Source: Candidatus Uhrbacteria bacterium (GTDB lineage Bacteria > Patescibacteriota > Patescibacteriia > GWA2-47-26). From it: a stretch of DNA of 56,390 nt. The first letter of the stretch is position 1. Each line of letters begins with the position of its first letter. The DNA is taken from the NCBI GenBank assembly GCA_016187515.1, contig JACPJN010000005.1:1-56390 (forward strand), given 5' to 3'. The notes beneath the pieces were generated by a model. It saw nothing but the letters and a program-made list of their open reading frames with translations. It did not search any database and was not told where the DNA came from. A program made the translations under genes and the position numbers. This document shows positions 43,289-51,313 of this stretch, piece after piece.

Positions 43289-44329
43289 TTAAATCGCGTG
43301 TTCCCGGGTTAAACCCGTAAGCGCCAGGCCGCAGGCCGTGGTAAAACGTATCCCGGCCTTTACGCCGATCTGGATGCCGATGGCTTCCGGGGTGTTGGTC
43401 CACGGGTCGCCGATTTTAACTGGGATACGCAGCAGGGGAGTCAGCGCCTCCGGAAGTCCCGTAAGCAAACTGCCGCCGCCGGAAAGGATTATTTCGGAAA
43501 TTGCCGGACCCGGGTGAACGCGGTTTAAGATAAAGGAAATCGTGCTGTTGATCCGCTCGGAAAGAGTCGCGAGGTAGGTTTGGACGACGGCGCGGTATGG
43601 TTCAGTACCATCCCGGGCGCCATATTTATATTTCATTTCTTCAGCCGCCCCAAGCTCAATATTCATTCTTTGCGCGATAGCGCGGTTAAGTTCGTTTCCC
43701 GGACTTCTCCCATCAGCGGTGGTGAGTATGGTTCGCTGATTAGCCACAATAATGGTGGACTTTGTCGCGCCCAGGTCAACGATCGCAACACATCCGGGAG
43801 TTTGGCGCTCATTAATCATGGATCGAACAATGCAGAGCGGCTCCAGGTCAAAGATGAAGGGAATCAGTCCGGCCTGCTTCACGGCGTTTTGGTATGACGC
43901 AATAAGGGTTTTGGGCGCGGCGCCGACCAGGACTTCCAGACCGGTAGCTCCGGTTGAGACAATCCGGAAATCCCACCAGACCTCGTTCAATTCATAGGGG
44001 AGGAGCTTGGACAGTTCTAATCGGATTTGCTCTTCGACGTTTTCCGGATTGGCGCCCATTACGTTAAGCGTAGTTATAAAACTTTTGGCTTCCGGAAGCG
44101 CCAGGACCACCCGTTTGGCAACGATGTGGGTTTTACGCAGGAGCGCTTGCAGCTGTTTGGCCAATTCATCAGACCGGAGGATTTCCCCCTTTTCAATAAT
44201 ACCTTCGGGCAGGGTGAGCTCTCCAAAGGCGACCAGGTAGGTTTTATGCTTGCGAATTCTAAACTGGAGGACCTTGAGCGAACGATCTCCAATATCCAGA
44301 CCGAAAGCAAGTTCGTTGCGATAACTCAT
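43289..44329 (-). CDS. pilM: Type IV pilus assembly protein PilM
   Basis: FGLDIG..LK, VDLGATKS and ILSGGGS (actin-like) motifs. Confidence 0.92.
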   Translation of the reverse strand: MSYRNELAFGLDIGDRSLKVLQFRIRKHKTYLVAFGELTLPEGIIEKGEILRSDELAKQLQALLRKTHIVAKRVVLALPEAKSFITTLNVMGANPENVEEQIRLELSKLLPYELNEVWWDFRIVSTGATGLEVLVGAAPKTLIASYQNAVKQAGLIPFIFDLEPLCIVRSMINERQTPGCVAIVDLGATKSTIIVANQRTILTTADGRSPGNELNRAIAQRMNIELGAAEEMKYKYGARDGTEPYRAVVQTYLATLSERINSTISFILNRVHPGPAISEIILSGGGSLLTGLPEALTPLLRIPVKIGDPWTNTPEAIGIQIGVKAGIRFTTACGLALTGLTREHAI

Positions 44330-44392
44330 GGTTGTAAGAGAAATAGGTGGTTAGGAAATCAGAAAGCGGTCGCTGATCTCATTATACCACAA

Positions 44393-45568
44393 CTAGTATT
44401 GTTCTTCCCAGTGGCTGGTTTCGATAATCGGGGAGGAAAGATTCAGGTCAGCGTTTAAAATACGGCGAAGCAGCGCGGGATCGTGAGTTATTATGATACT
44501 CACGGATCCCTCCTGGTCGCGCTCCAGCTCGATTTCCCTGGCCATTAATCCGCCGCGGACGCTGACTTCAAGCGGCGCGGCAGTGTCATCGTCATCAAAT
44601 TCGATCTCCAGGGTATTGGTGGCGTAGACCAGTCCTTCCAAGGAGGAGGAATTTTCAATTTCCAGATCGCCGCGAACCAGCAGTCCGGCCGGACCGGTCT
44701 CCGGCGCTTCAATATACAGGTGCCCGGGCTGTTCAATTTCAAAACTTCCGTTGATGACCAGCAGCCCCCGCACCGTCAGGTCGCGCCGCAGATCGTTGGG
44801 GGCCCCTTCCAAGTAAATGATGCCTTCTAGGATGGTACCGCTCGGGAGCCGATTAAACTCGTGCGGGGTAATTCTTTGAGTGGCTTGATTTCTCCAGGAG
44901 GTGGCGAGGGCGGAATTAAAATCCACCGCCGGCAGCTGAATTTGGTCAACGCCGGTCCTGGTCGGGCCGATAAGCGCGGACCCTTCCGAGACGCGAATTT
45001 CATCATGGGCGTGAAAACGTCCGTTGGTCCGGGCCTGGACGCGCGCGTTATTTCGCACGTCGATGTCATCGTTGGAAAATAGAATTCCGCCGACCAGATC
45101 AAGATCCAGTTCCAGTTCAATATCGCGTCCGGGCGCGCCGCTGAAAACCGAGTAATCCGTGATCGCGCTGCCCAGCGCGCGGGCGACCGCGGTTTCGATC
45201 CGGCGCGTCGCCGAGGTTTCCGCCAGGGGCGTTTGTCCTTGCGATATCAGGGTGGCTTCTCCCGGCGCGCTACTTACCGCGTGGGCGACAAGAGTTTCTC
45301 CGATCCGAAAGACATCCAGGTATTGACGCTGTGAGGATGCCTCGGTTAGCGTACCCTCCACAAAGGCCGTTTGCAACTCGCCCGTTTCTTCCAGTTCATG
45401 GGTAAGTAGCATGCGCGCGGTTTCCGCCAGATAGTAGGCCCGCACCGTGGCGCCGTGGGCTTGCGCGATCCGGATTTCGCTAAGCGACCCGGAGACAAAA
45501 AATATACCCAACAGCAAAATCAGCGCGGTAATAATGGTGGCCGCGATTAGCGCGAATCCCTGTTTCAT
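44393..45568 (-). CDS. PilX-like minor pilin
   Basis: KQGFAL prepilin without E5, AYYLAE, C-terminal WEE. Confidence 0.8.
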   Translation of the reverse strand: MKQGFALIAATIITALILLLGIFFVSGSLSEIRIAQAHGATVRAYYLAETARMLLTHELEETGELQTAFVEGTLTEASSQRQYLDVFRIGETLVAHAVSSAPGEATLISQGQTPLAETSATRRIETAVARALGSAITDYSVFSGAPGRDIELELDLDLVGGILFSNDDIDVRNNARVQARTNGRFHAHDEIRVSEGSALIGPTRTGVDQIQLPAVDFNSALATSWRNQATQRITPHEFNRLPSGTILEGIIYLEGAPNDLRRDLTVRGLLVINGSFEIEQPGHLYIEAPETGPAGLLVRGDLEIENSSSLEGLVYATNTLEIEFDDDDTAAPLEVSVRGGLMAREIELERDQEGSVSIIITHDPALLRRILNADLNLSSPIIETSHWEEQY

Positions 45569-45584
45569 AAAATGATGTTTAAAA

Positions 45585-46160
45585 TTAGGCGCCGGTGAAA
45601 TTTCTGCCGAAAATACTGGTGTTTGAAATTACTCGCGCCTCTCCGCGGCGAACTTCGAGGTTGATGTGAATATTCTCGTCTCCCCAAAAAGATAGGACGC
45701 TCACGCCTTCCGCGACGGCTAGATCCTGCACCACCGTTTTTACCGGAGCATTGCCGTCTTCGTCGCGGACATTGTAAACGACGCGGAGCTCCGGCGCGGA
45801 GGGAAAGGCGTAGTAGGATTCTTCCCGATAGAGCAGCCCATCAATTAGATGATAGCGCAGATAAGTGAGGGTCTCCGGATCATGGCCATCGTGAAATTCT
45901 ATTTCCGTAGGCGGAGGCAAAAGGGGATCATCGGCGGTATCCGGAAGATTGGTGACCAGTTCTTCGGCTTGGCGCAGATCGCGAGTGATTCTTTCCAGCG
46001 CGATGCGCGCGTTTTGAACGGCCTCCGCGCGGTCGCCTCCGCTATTTAGCGCGACTCGCGTTAAAGAAAGAATGTGTAAAACTCCTAACAAAATTATCAA
46101 GCTCGCGGCAACCCCGGCGACCAGTTCAATCAAAGTAAAACCACGGCCCTTATGATTCAT
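45585..46160 (-). CDS. PilW/GspJ-like minor pilin
   Basis: RGFTLIEL; ARIALERITRDLRQA. Confidence 0.85.
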   Translation of the reverse strand: MNHKGRGFTLIELVAGVAASLIILLGVLHILSLTRVALNSGGDRAEAVQNARIALERITRDLRQAEELVTNLPDTADDPLLPPPTEIEFHDGHDPETLTYLRYHLIDGLLYREESYYAFPSAPELRVVYNVRDEDGNAPVKTVVQDLAVAEGVSVLSFWGDENIHINLEVRRGEARVISNTSIFGRNFTGA

Positions 46161-46536
46161 TGATGATCGTGGAGATTTCATATAAACGCGAACCAAAGGA
46201 GGTTCCGTAAAATACGCGGACATCAACGCGCTTAAGGCCTTGATTTACCGCGCTTGGCGCGAAAGTGTCAGGATCAATATAGCTTACCGCGGTTTCACGC
46301 TCAAAATTCGGACTGACCAGATGGCGCGCTTCAGCGACCCCCACGGCCACGGTTGCATAGGATTGATTAAGCAGGGCTTCCATCTGGTCCTGGGCAAGAT
46401 TGGCGGCATTCGTGATCGCCTCCGCGCGGCTGACCAGATTTAACGCGCGCGGAAAAATTTGCGCGCTGCCCATTACCAGAAATACCAGTAGCGCGATGGA
46501 GACGATCAGTTCAATAAGGGTAAATCCCTGCTTCAT
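46150..46536 (-). CDS. PilV/GspI-like minor pilin
   Basis: KQGFTLIEL; ANLAQDQME. Confidence 0.85.
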   Translation of the reverse strand: MKQGFTLIELIVSIALLVFLVMGSAQIFPRALNLVSRAEAITNAANLAQDQMEALLNQSYATVAVGVAEARHLVSPNFERETAVSYIDPDTFAPSAVNQGLKRVDVRVFYGTSFGSRLYEISTIINES

Positions 46537-46650
46537 AAATTCCAAATTCCAAATTACAAACAAATCTCAAATCCCAAATACCAAACGTTTGTGATTTGTG
46601 ATTTGGAGCTTGGAATTTCCTTGTAATTTGGTGTTTGTGATTTGGAATTT
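46537..46650. repeat. Bipartite inverted heptamer repeat filling the gap between two pilin genes
   Basis: (CAAATNN)n followed by (TTTGNNA)n; sibling of 25827..25945. Confidence 0.9.
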
Positions 46651-47116
46651 ATTCGATTCTGACATATCCGGAAGGGCGAACGTTAATTAGCATCGTGGTT
46701 CCGCTTGCGTGTATCAGCGTAATTATCCCGGGCGTGGCAGTGGCCCCCAGCGTGTTGAATACTACGGTTGCCTCCGGAACGGTAATTTCCCCCAGCCGGA
46801 CCGTTTCGTTTATTCGGGCGTTTTTTATTATAATTTCCGGATCAGCAAGGCGGACTAGCGCGTAAGCTGAACCAGCCGGATTAAGGCGGAGTGCGTGAGC
46901 GGTTTGGGTTGAACTGGCCAGTTCCGAGGCGTAGCGCAGGTCCGCGGCCAAGGTCCGCGCTGCCGCCCTTGTGGCGAGCGTTGGTCCGGCGGCGCGCAAG
47001 GAAGCGGCGGCAACGGTCAAAAGCAGCGCCAGAATTCCAAAGGTGGTGAGGAATTCGACCAGAGTAAACCCTTTAGCCATCACATTGCGATAAAACCAAG
47101 TCATAGCGGATTTCAT
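46649..47116 (-). CDS. FimT/GspH-like minor pilin (start could be 47080)
   Basis: KGFTLVEF; AARTLAADLRYA; VFNTLG. Confidence 0.82.
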   Translation of the reverse strand: MKSAMTWFYRNVMAKGFTLVEFLTTFGILALLLTVAAASLRAAGPTLATRAAARTLAADLRYASELASSTQTAHALRLNPAGSAYALVRLADPEIIIKNARINETVRLGEITVPEATVVFNTLGATATPGIITLIHASGTTMLINVRPSGYVRIE

Positions 47117-47119
47117 TCT

Positions 47120-48169
47120 CTAGATTTGCTCCAGTAAACTATACATCGGAAGCAGAATGGCCACCGCGATTCCGCCGACCCCGGCGCCCAGGATCAGAAT
47201 CAGCAAGGGCTCGATTATCGAGGATAAATTTTTTGTCATTTCATCCACGCTTTCTTCATAAAATCCGGCGACTTCTTCAAGCAGGTCGGTCAAAGTGCCG
47301 GATTCCTCGCCAATCTGGAGCATGGTAATCATGGTGGGAGGAAAAAGATTTTTGGTTTCCTTAAACGCGGCGGCCACCGCGACTCCTTGGCCGATTTTTT
47401 CCGCGGCGGCAATCGTGGCCAGCCGATATTGATCATTGCCCAGCACATCAGCCGTAATCTTTAGGGCGTCCACGACCAGGATGTCGGTGGAGAGCATGGT
47501 GGAAAAAGTGCGGGCAAAGCGGGCCAGATTGACTTTTTTTATCAATCCTCCCAAAATCGGCAAGCGCGTGAGCAGCCGGTCAAATTGTCTCTTTAGCGGG
47601 CCGCGAGCCAAATAGATTAAGAGCCAGAGGGATAGCGCCGCGGAAATGGCGAGGATAATCGCGGAGTTGGAGATAAAATGCGATAGCGCGATAAGCAGGC
47701 GCGTGGGCAAAGGAAGCTGGGCGTTAAATCCTTCAAAAAGCGGAATCAATTTGGGGATAACAAACACCATGATCACGGTCCCAATACCCGCCATCGCGAC
47801 CAGCACAAAAGCCGGGTAGGTAAGCGCGGATTTAACTCGCGAGCGCAGGTCGTAGTCCTTTTTCATCTGGACGTAAAGACGGCGAAGCGCGCCTTCAAGT
47901 TTGCCGCCTAATTCCCCGGCCCGGATCATGTTGATGAAGAGTTGTCCAAATACTTTGGGAAACTCCTCCAAACCCTTCGATAAGGCCTCTCCCTTTTTTA
48001 CGTTTTCAAGCAGGACCGCGAGGATGGTTTTAAAGCCCTTATGCTCGGTTTGTTCCGCCAGCGAGGAGAGCGCCCGGTCCAGCGGAATGGCGGCCTTGAG
48101 CATCACCGAGAGATGCTCAACAAAAAACATTTTTTCCTTAAATGGCACGCGCGGGGTAAAAATTTTCAT
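47120..48169 (-). CDS. pilC: Type IV pilus platform protein PilC/GspF
   Basis: MIRAGELGG.L, SALTYP, IGEESG.L and IEP motifs. Confidence 0.93.
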   Translation of the reverse strand: MKIFTPRVPFKEKMFFVEHLSVMLKAAIPLDRALSSLAEQTEHKGFKTILAVLLENVKKGEALSKGLEEFPKVFGQLFINMIRAGELGGKLEGALRRLYVQMKKDYDLRSRVKSALTYPAFVLVAMAGIGTVIMVFVIPKLIPLFEGFNAQLPLPTRLLIALSHFISNSAIILAISAALSLWLLIYLARGPLKRQFDRLLTRLPILGGLIKKVNLARFARTFSTMLSTDILVVDALKITADVLGNDQYRLATIAAAEKIGQGVAVAAAFKETKNLFPPTMITMLQIGEESGTLTDLLEEVAGFYEESVDEMTKNLSSIIEPLLILILGAGVGGIAVAILLPMYSLLEQI

Positions 48170-48170
48170 A

Positions 48171-49880
48171 TCACTCTTTGGTAACCCGGATAATCTCGGA
48201 GATCGTGGTCAGGCCGCGTTTGGCTTTTATAAAAGCATCTTCCAGGAGCGAAATCATCCCCTGTTTGTTAGCGGATTTTTTTAGTTCATCAGCAGCGGCT
48301 CGGCGATAGATCAAGGAAGACAATTCCGGCGTAACCTCCAGCACTTCGTGAATCGCGACTCGGCCGCGATAGCCGATCTGGCCGCACATGGCACAGCCCG
48401 CCCCTTTGAAGAAACGCATTTCCGTAAGCGGGGTCTTGGCCTCACTGATCACTCCGGTTCGCTCTAAAGCGGCGGCAATCGCCTCCATATCAAAGAGCGC
48501 GCGCAGCTCGTCGGCCATTTCTTTAGGCAGCGTGTAACTTACCGTACAATGCGGGCAAATCCGGCGCACCAGACGCTGCGCGGTAATTAGCGCAGCGGTC
48601 TGGGCGATCAAAAATGGCGGCGCGCCCAGGTCGAATAATCTGGAAATCGCCGTAATGGCGTCGTTGGTGTGCAGCGTGGAGAGCACCAGGTGGCCGGTCA
48701 GCGCGGCATTGATCGCGATATCCGCGGTTTCCGCGTCTCGAATTTCTCCAACCATGATGATGTTGGGATCTTGGCGCAAAAGCGCGCGCAGACCAATGGC
48801 AAAGGTAAAACCAATCCGGGGATTGACTTGGCTTTGGTTAATGCCGGGGATGCGATATTCAATCGGGTCTTCGATAGTGGAGATATTTACCTGCGGTTTG
48901 TTGAGCGCGGCGAGAAAGGCATAGAGCGTGGTGGTTTTTCCCGAGCCGGTTGGCCCGGTGACTAAGATAATGCCGTGCGGTTTTTGGATATTGCGCGCAA
49001 CCAGTTTCAACTGGTCCGGCTCAAATCCCAGCTCATTGATACTCAACAGCCGCAGCCCTTCCTGTAAAATGCGCAGGACAATTTTTTCGCCGTCAAACAT
49101 GGGAAAAATTGAAACGCGGATGGATACTTTATAATTGGGAATTTGCACCTTAAAACGGCCGTCTTGCGGGATATTGTGCTCATCGATTTTAAGATTAGCC
49201 AAAATTTTAACGCGCGCCGCGATGGAGGGCTGAACTTCCTTGGGTAAGATCATGGCCTCGCGCAACATTCCATCAACGCGGAAGCGGACCAGCATTTCTT
49301 TCTCCCGCGGCTCGATATGGATATCGGAGGCGCCCTGCAGGATCGCGTGTTCAAGCAGGGTGTCAACAATCCGCACTACCGGGGCCTCCTTGGCGAGTTC
49401 CTCCACCGGTTTTTTGCTGGCTTTCGCAATCTCTTTAAACTCGGCTTCCAAGCTCTTCTTATATTGCTTAAGCGCGTCCTCACAGCTCTCCGGATCAGTG
49501 AGCGAAATTTCGAGCGCGAGTCCGAGTTTCTTTTCAATAAAATCCAGAATTTGCAGATCGTCCGGATTAAGCGCGGCGATCTTTACGGTTAAACCTTCTT
49601 TGGCATAGGGAATAATGCCGTGGGTCCTCGCGATGGGTTCGGGGATGAGATTAAGCACCGCGCTGGGAATAATGGTCCCCAAAAGTTCGATATAGGGGAG
49701 GTTGAAAAATTTGGCCGCGGCTTTGTAAAGCAGGGGCGGGTTGACCAGGCGTTTCTTAAAAATACACTGCTCCAGTGAAAGTCCTTTGCATTCCGCTTCT
49801 TCCTGGATTTTCGACAGGTCCTTTTTATTCAAAATACCGGCCTGGTCTAAAATGTCGGGGAGTTTTTGGATTGGCAGCAT
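48171..49880 (-). CDS. pilB: Type IV pilus assembly ATPase PilB/GspE
   Basis: ASDIHIEP, GPTGSGKTT, LRQDP..MVGEIRD, TGHLVLSTLH and a tetra-Cys motif. Confidence 0.95.
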   Translation of the reverse strand: MLPIQKLPDILDQAGILNKKDLSKIQEEAECKGLSLEQCIFKKRLVNPPLLYKAAAKFFNLPYIELLGTIIPSAVLNLIPEPIARTHGIIPYAKEGLTVKIAALNPDDLQILDFIEKKLGLALEISLTDPESCEDALKQYKKSLEAEFKEIAKASKKPVEELAKEAPVVRIVDTLLEHAILQGASDIHIEPREKEMLVRFRVDGMLREAMILPKEVQPSIAARVKILANLKIDEHNIPQDGRFKVQIPNYKVSIRVSIFPMFDGEKIVLRILQEGLRLLSINELGFEPDQLKLVARNIQKPHGIILVTGPTGSGKTTTLYAFLAALNKPQVNISTIEDPIEYRIPGINQSQVNPRIGFTFAIGLRALLRQDPNIIMVGEIRDAETADIAINAALTGHLVLSTLHTNDAITAISRLFDLGAPPFLIAQTAALITAQRLVRRICPHCTVSYTLPKEMADELRALFDMEAIAAALERTGVISEAKTPLTEMRFFKGAGCAMCGQIGYRGRVAIHEVLEVTPELSSLIYRRAAADELKKSANKQGMISLLEDAFIKAKRGLTTISEIIRVTKE

Positions 49881-49949
49881 ATAGAGTAACAAATAGCGCA
49901 CGAATGATAGACAAATGGCTCACGAATCGGGGACGAATGGCTCATCAAT

Positions 49950-50070
49950 TTCTCCTCTCCTGCCCGAGGAATTTCTCCCCCTGTCCCGATTCTCGAGAAT
50001 CGAGGATCCTCGGCCGCAGCCGGGACCCGAGGGGGAGATTAAGAGGGGGTGGGAGGGAGGGGTGGCCGCA
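49950..50070. repeat. Nested palindromic element cluster
   Basis: TCTCCCCCT...AGGGGGAGATTAAGAGGGGGTGGGAGGGAGGGG enclosing the CGATTCTCGAGAATCG hairpin. Confidence 0.65.
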
Positions 50071-50180
50071 AAGTTCCTCCGCAAGTCCTATATTATACCA
50101 CATGCCAAAAGGTTTGACTAAATCCGCCAATATGTTAGGATGGAGGCAGCTGTAGAAGCAACCAATAAAGGGAGGTCGCC

Positions 50181-51041
50181 ATGCGTATCGGTTTCATTGG
50201 TCTTGGCATCATGGGAACTCACATGGTTCGGCATCTCATCCGTGCCGGCCATCAAGTCATGGTATGGAATCGTACCGCGTCAAAAGCCACCGCGCTTGAG
50301 GCAGAGGGTGTGGTGGTTGCCCGGTCGCCGCGCACGCTTGGGACGATGGTTGAAGTCGTAATCACCTGCGTGACGGACACGAGCGATGTGGAGGAGGTGC
50401 TGTTCGGAGCGCAAGGGGTTGCGGAGTGTGGGACAAACGGCCTTGTGGTCGTTGACATGAGCACGATTTCCGCGGGCGCGACGCGAACAATGGCGGCGCG
50501 GTTCAAGGAGCGCGGAATTGATATGCTCGACGCGCCGGTTTCCGGCGGAGAGCTTGGCGCAAAGAACGCGTCGCTCTCCATCATGGTTGGAGGGAAACGT
50601 GAAGTGCTCGAACGCGTCCGTCCCATCCTGGCCGTTCTTGGCAAGAGCATTGTGTATGTCGGAGAGCATGGTGCAGGGCAAACGGTAAAAGCCTGCAACC
50701 AGATTCTCTGTGCGGTGACGCTCGTGGGCGTGTGCGAAGCAATCGCGCTTGCGCGGAGGGCGGGCGTGGATCCCCAGAAGATGCTGGAGGTTACCAGGCA
50801 AGGCGCAGGAGGATCCTGGACGCTGGACCACCTTGGTCCGAAGATTCTTGCTGGTGATCTGTCTCCCGCGTTCATGGTGATGCTCATGCAAAAGGATCTG
50901 GGATTGGTTGTCGAGCTTGCCGACGAGGTGGACGCGACCATTCCCGGTACCATGCTTGCCCAATCACTCATGGCACAGCTTGTTTCGATGGGCCTTGAAC
51001 GGTTTGGAACACAGGCGCTCGTCAAGGCCTTTGAGGAATAG
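50181..51041 (+). CDS. NAD(P)-dependent beta-hydroxyacid dehydrogenase (GarR/GlxR/MmsB family)
   Basis: IGFIGLGIMG, DAPVSGG, GAGQTVKACNQ and F...LMQKDL motifs. Confidence 0.93.
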   Translation: MRIGFIGLGIMGTHMVRHLIRAGHQVMVWNRTASKATALEAEGVVVARSPRTLGTMVEVVITCVTDTSDVEEVLFGAQGVAECGTNGLVVVDMSTISAGATRTMAARFKERGIDMLDAPVSGGELGAKNASLSIMVGGKREVLERVRPILAVLGKSIVYVGEHGAGQTVKACNQILCAVTLVGVCEAIALARRAGVDPQKMLEVTRQGAGGSWTLDHLGPKILAGDLSPAFMVMLMQKDLGLVVELADEVDATIPGTMLAQSLMAQLVSMGLERFGTQALVKAFEE

Positions 51042-51196
51042 CTGACCGCACGACGGGGATCAAGACGGCACACGCGTGCCCGCCTCCCCGTCGTTTTTTA
51101 TTTAAGGGCATCGAAAAATTCCTCCTCCCTTGGTGGGAGGGGTAGGGGAGGGGGCGGGGGTGGTGCGTTGAAAAAAGTGGCTTATATTTTCGGACA

Positions 51197-51226
51197 AAAG
51201 TTACATAGTGTACACTATGTAACTTT
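51197..51226. promoter_or_regulatory. Perfect 30-bp palindrome, candidate operator
   Basis: AAAGTTACATAGTGT|ACACTATGTAACTTT; followed by the 14-bp hairpin CTAAACGGCTCGAC/GTCGAGCCGTTTAG. Confidence 0.6.
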
Positions 51227-51313
51227 CCACTCAATCGCTAAACGGCTCGACCTGCCGGTCGAGCCGTTTAGTTTACTTGCAAAATACGGCAGTTGCGGTA
51301 CAATACCATTGCT

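Noticed and set aside
1887-46563. Longer N-termini given by the ORF track (ndh 1887, mutM 9049, GT 11384, tpiA 19606, MFS 22838, hrpB 27772, pilin 46563)
   Set aside because: The extensions are read-through of repeat elements or promoters; family-typical starts lie downstream.
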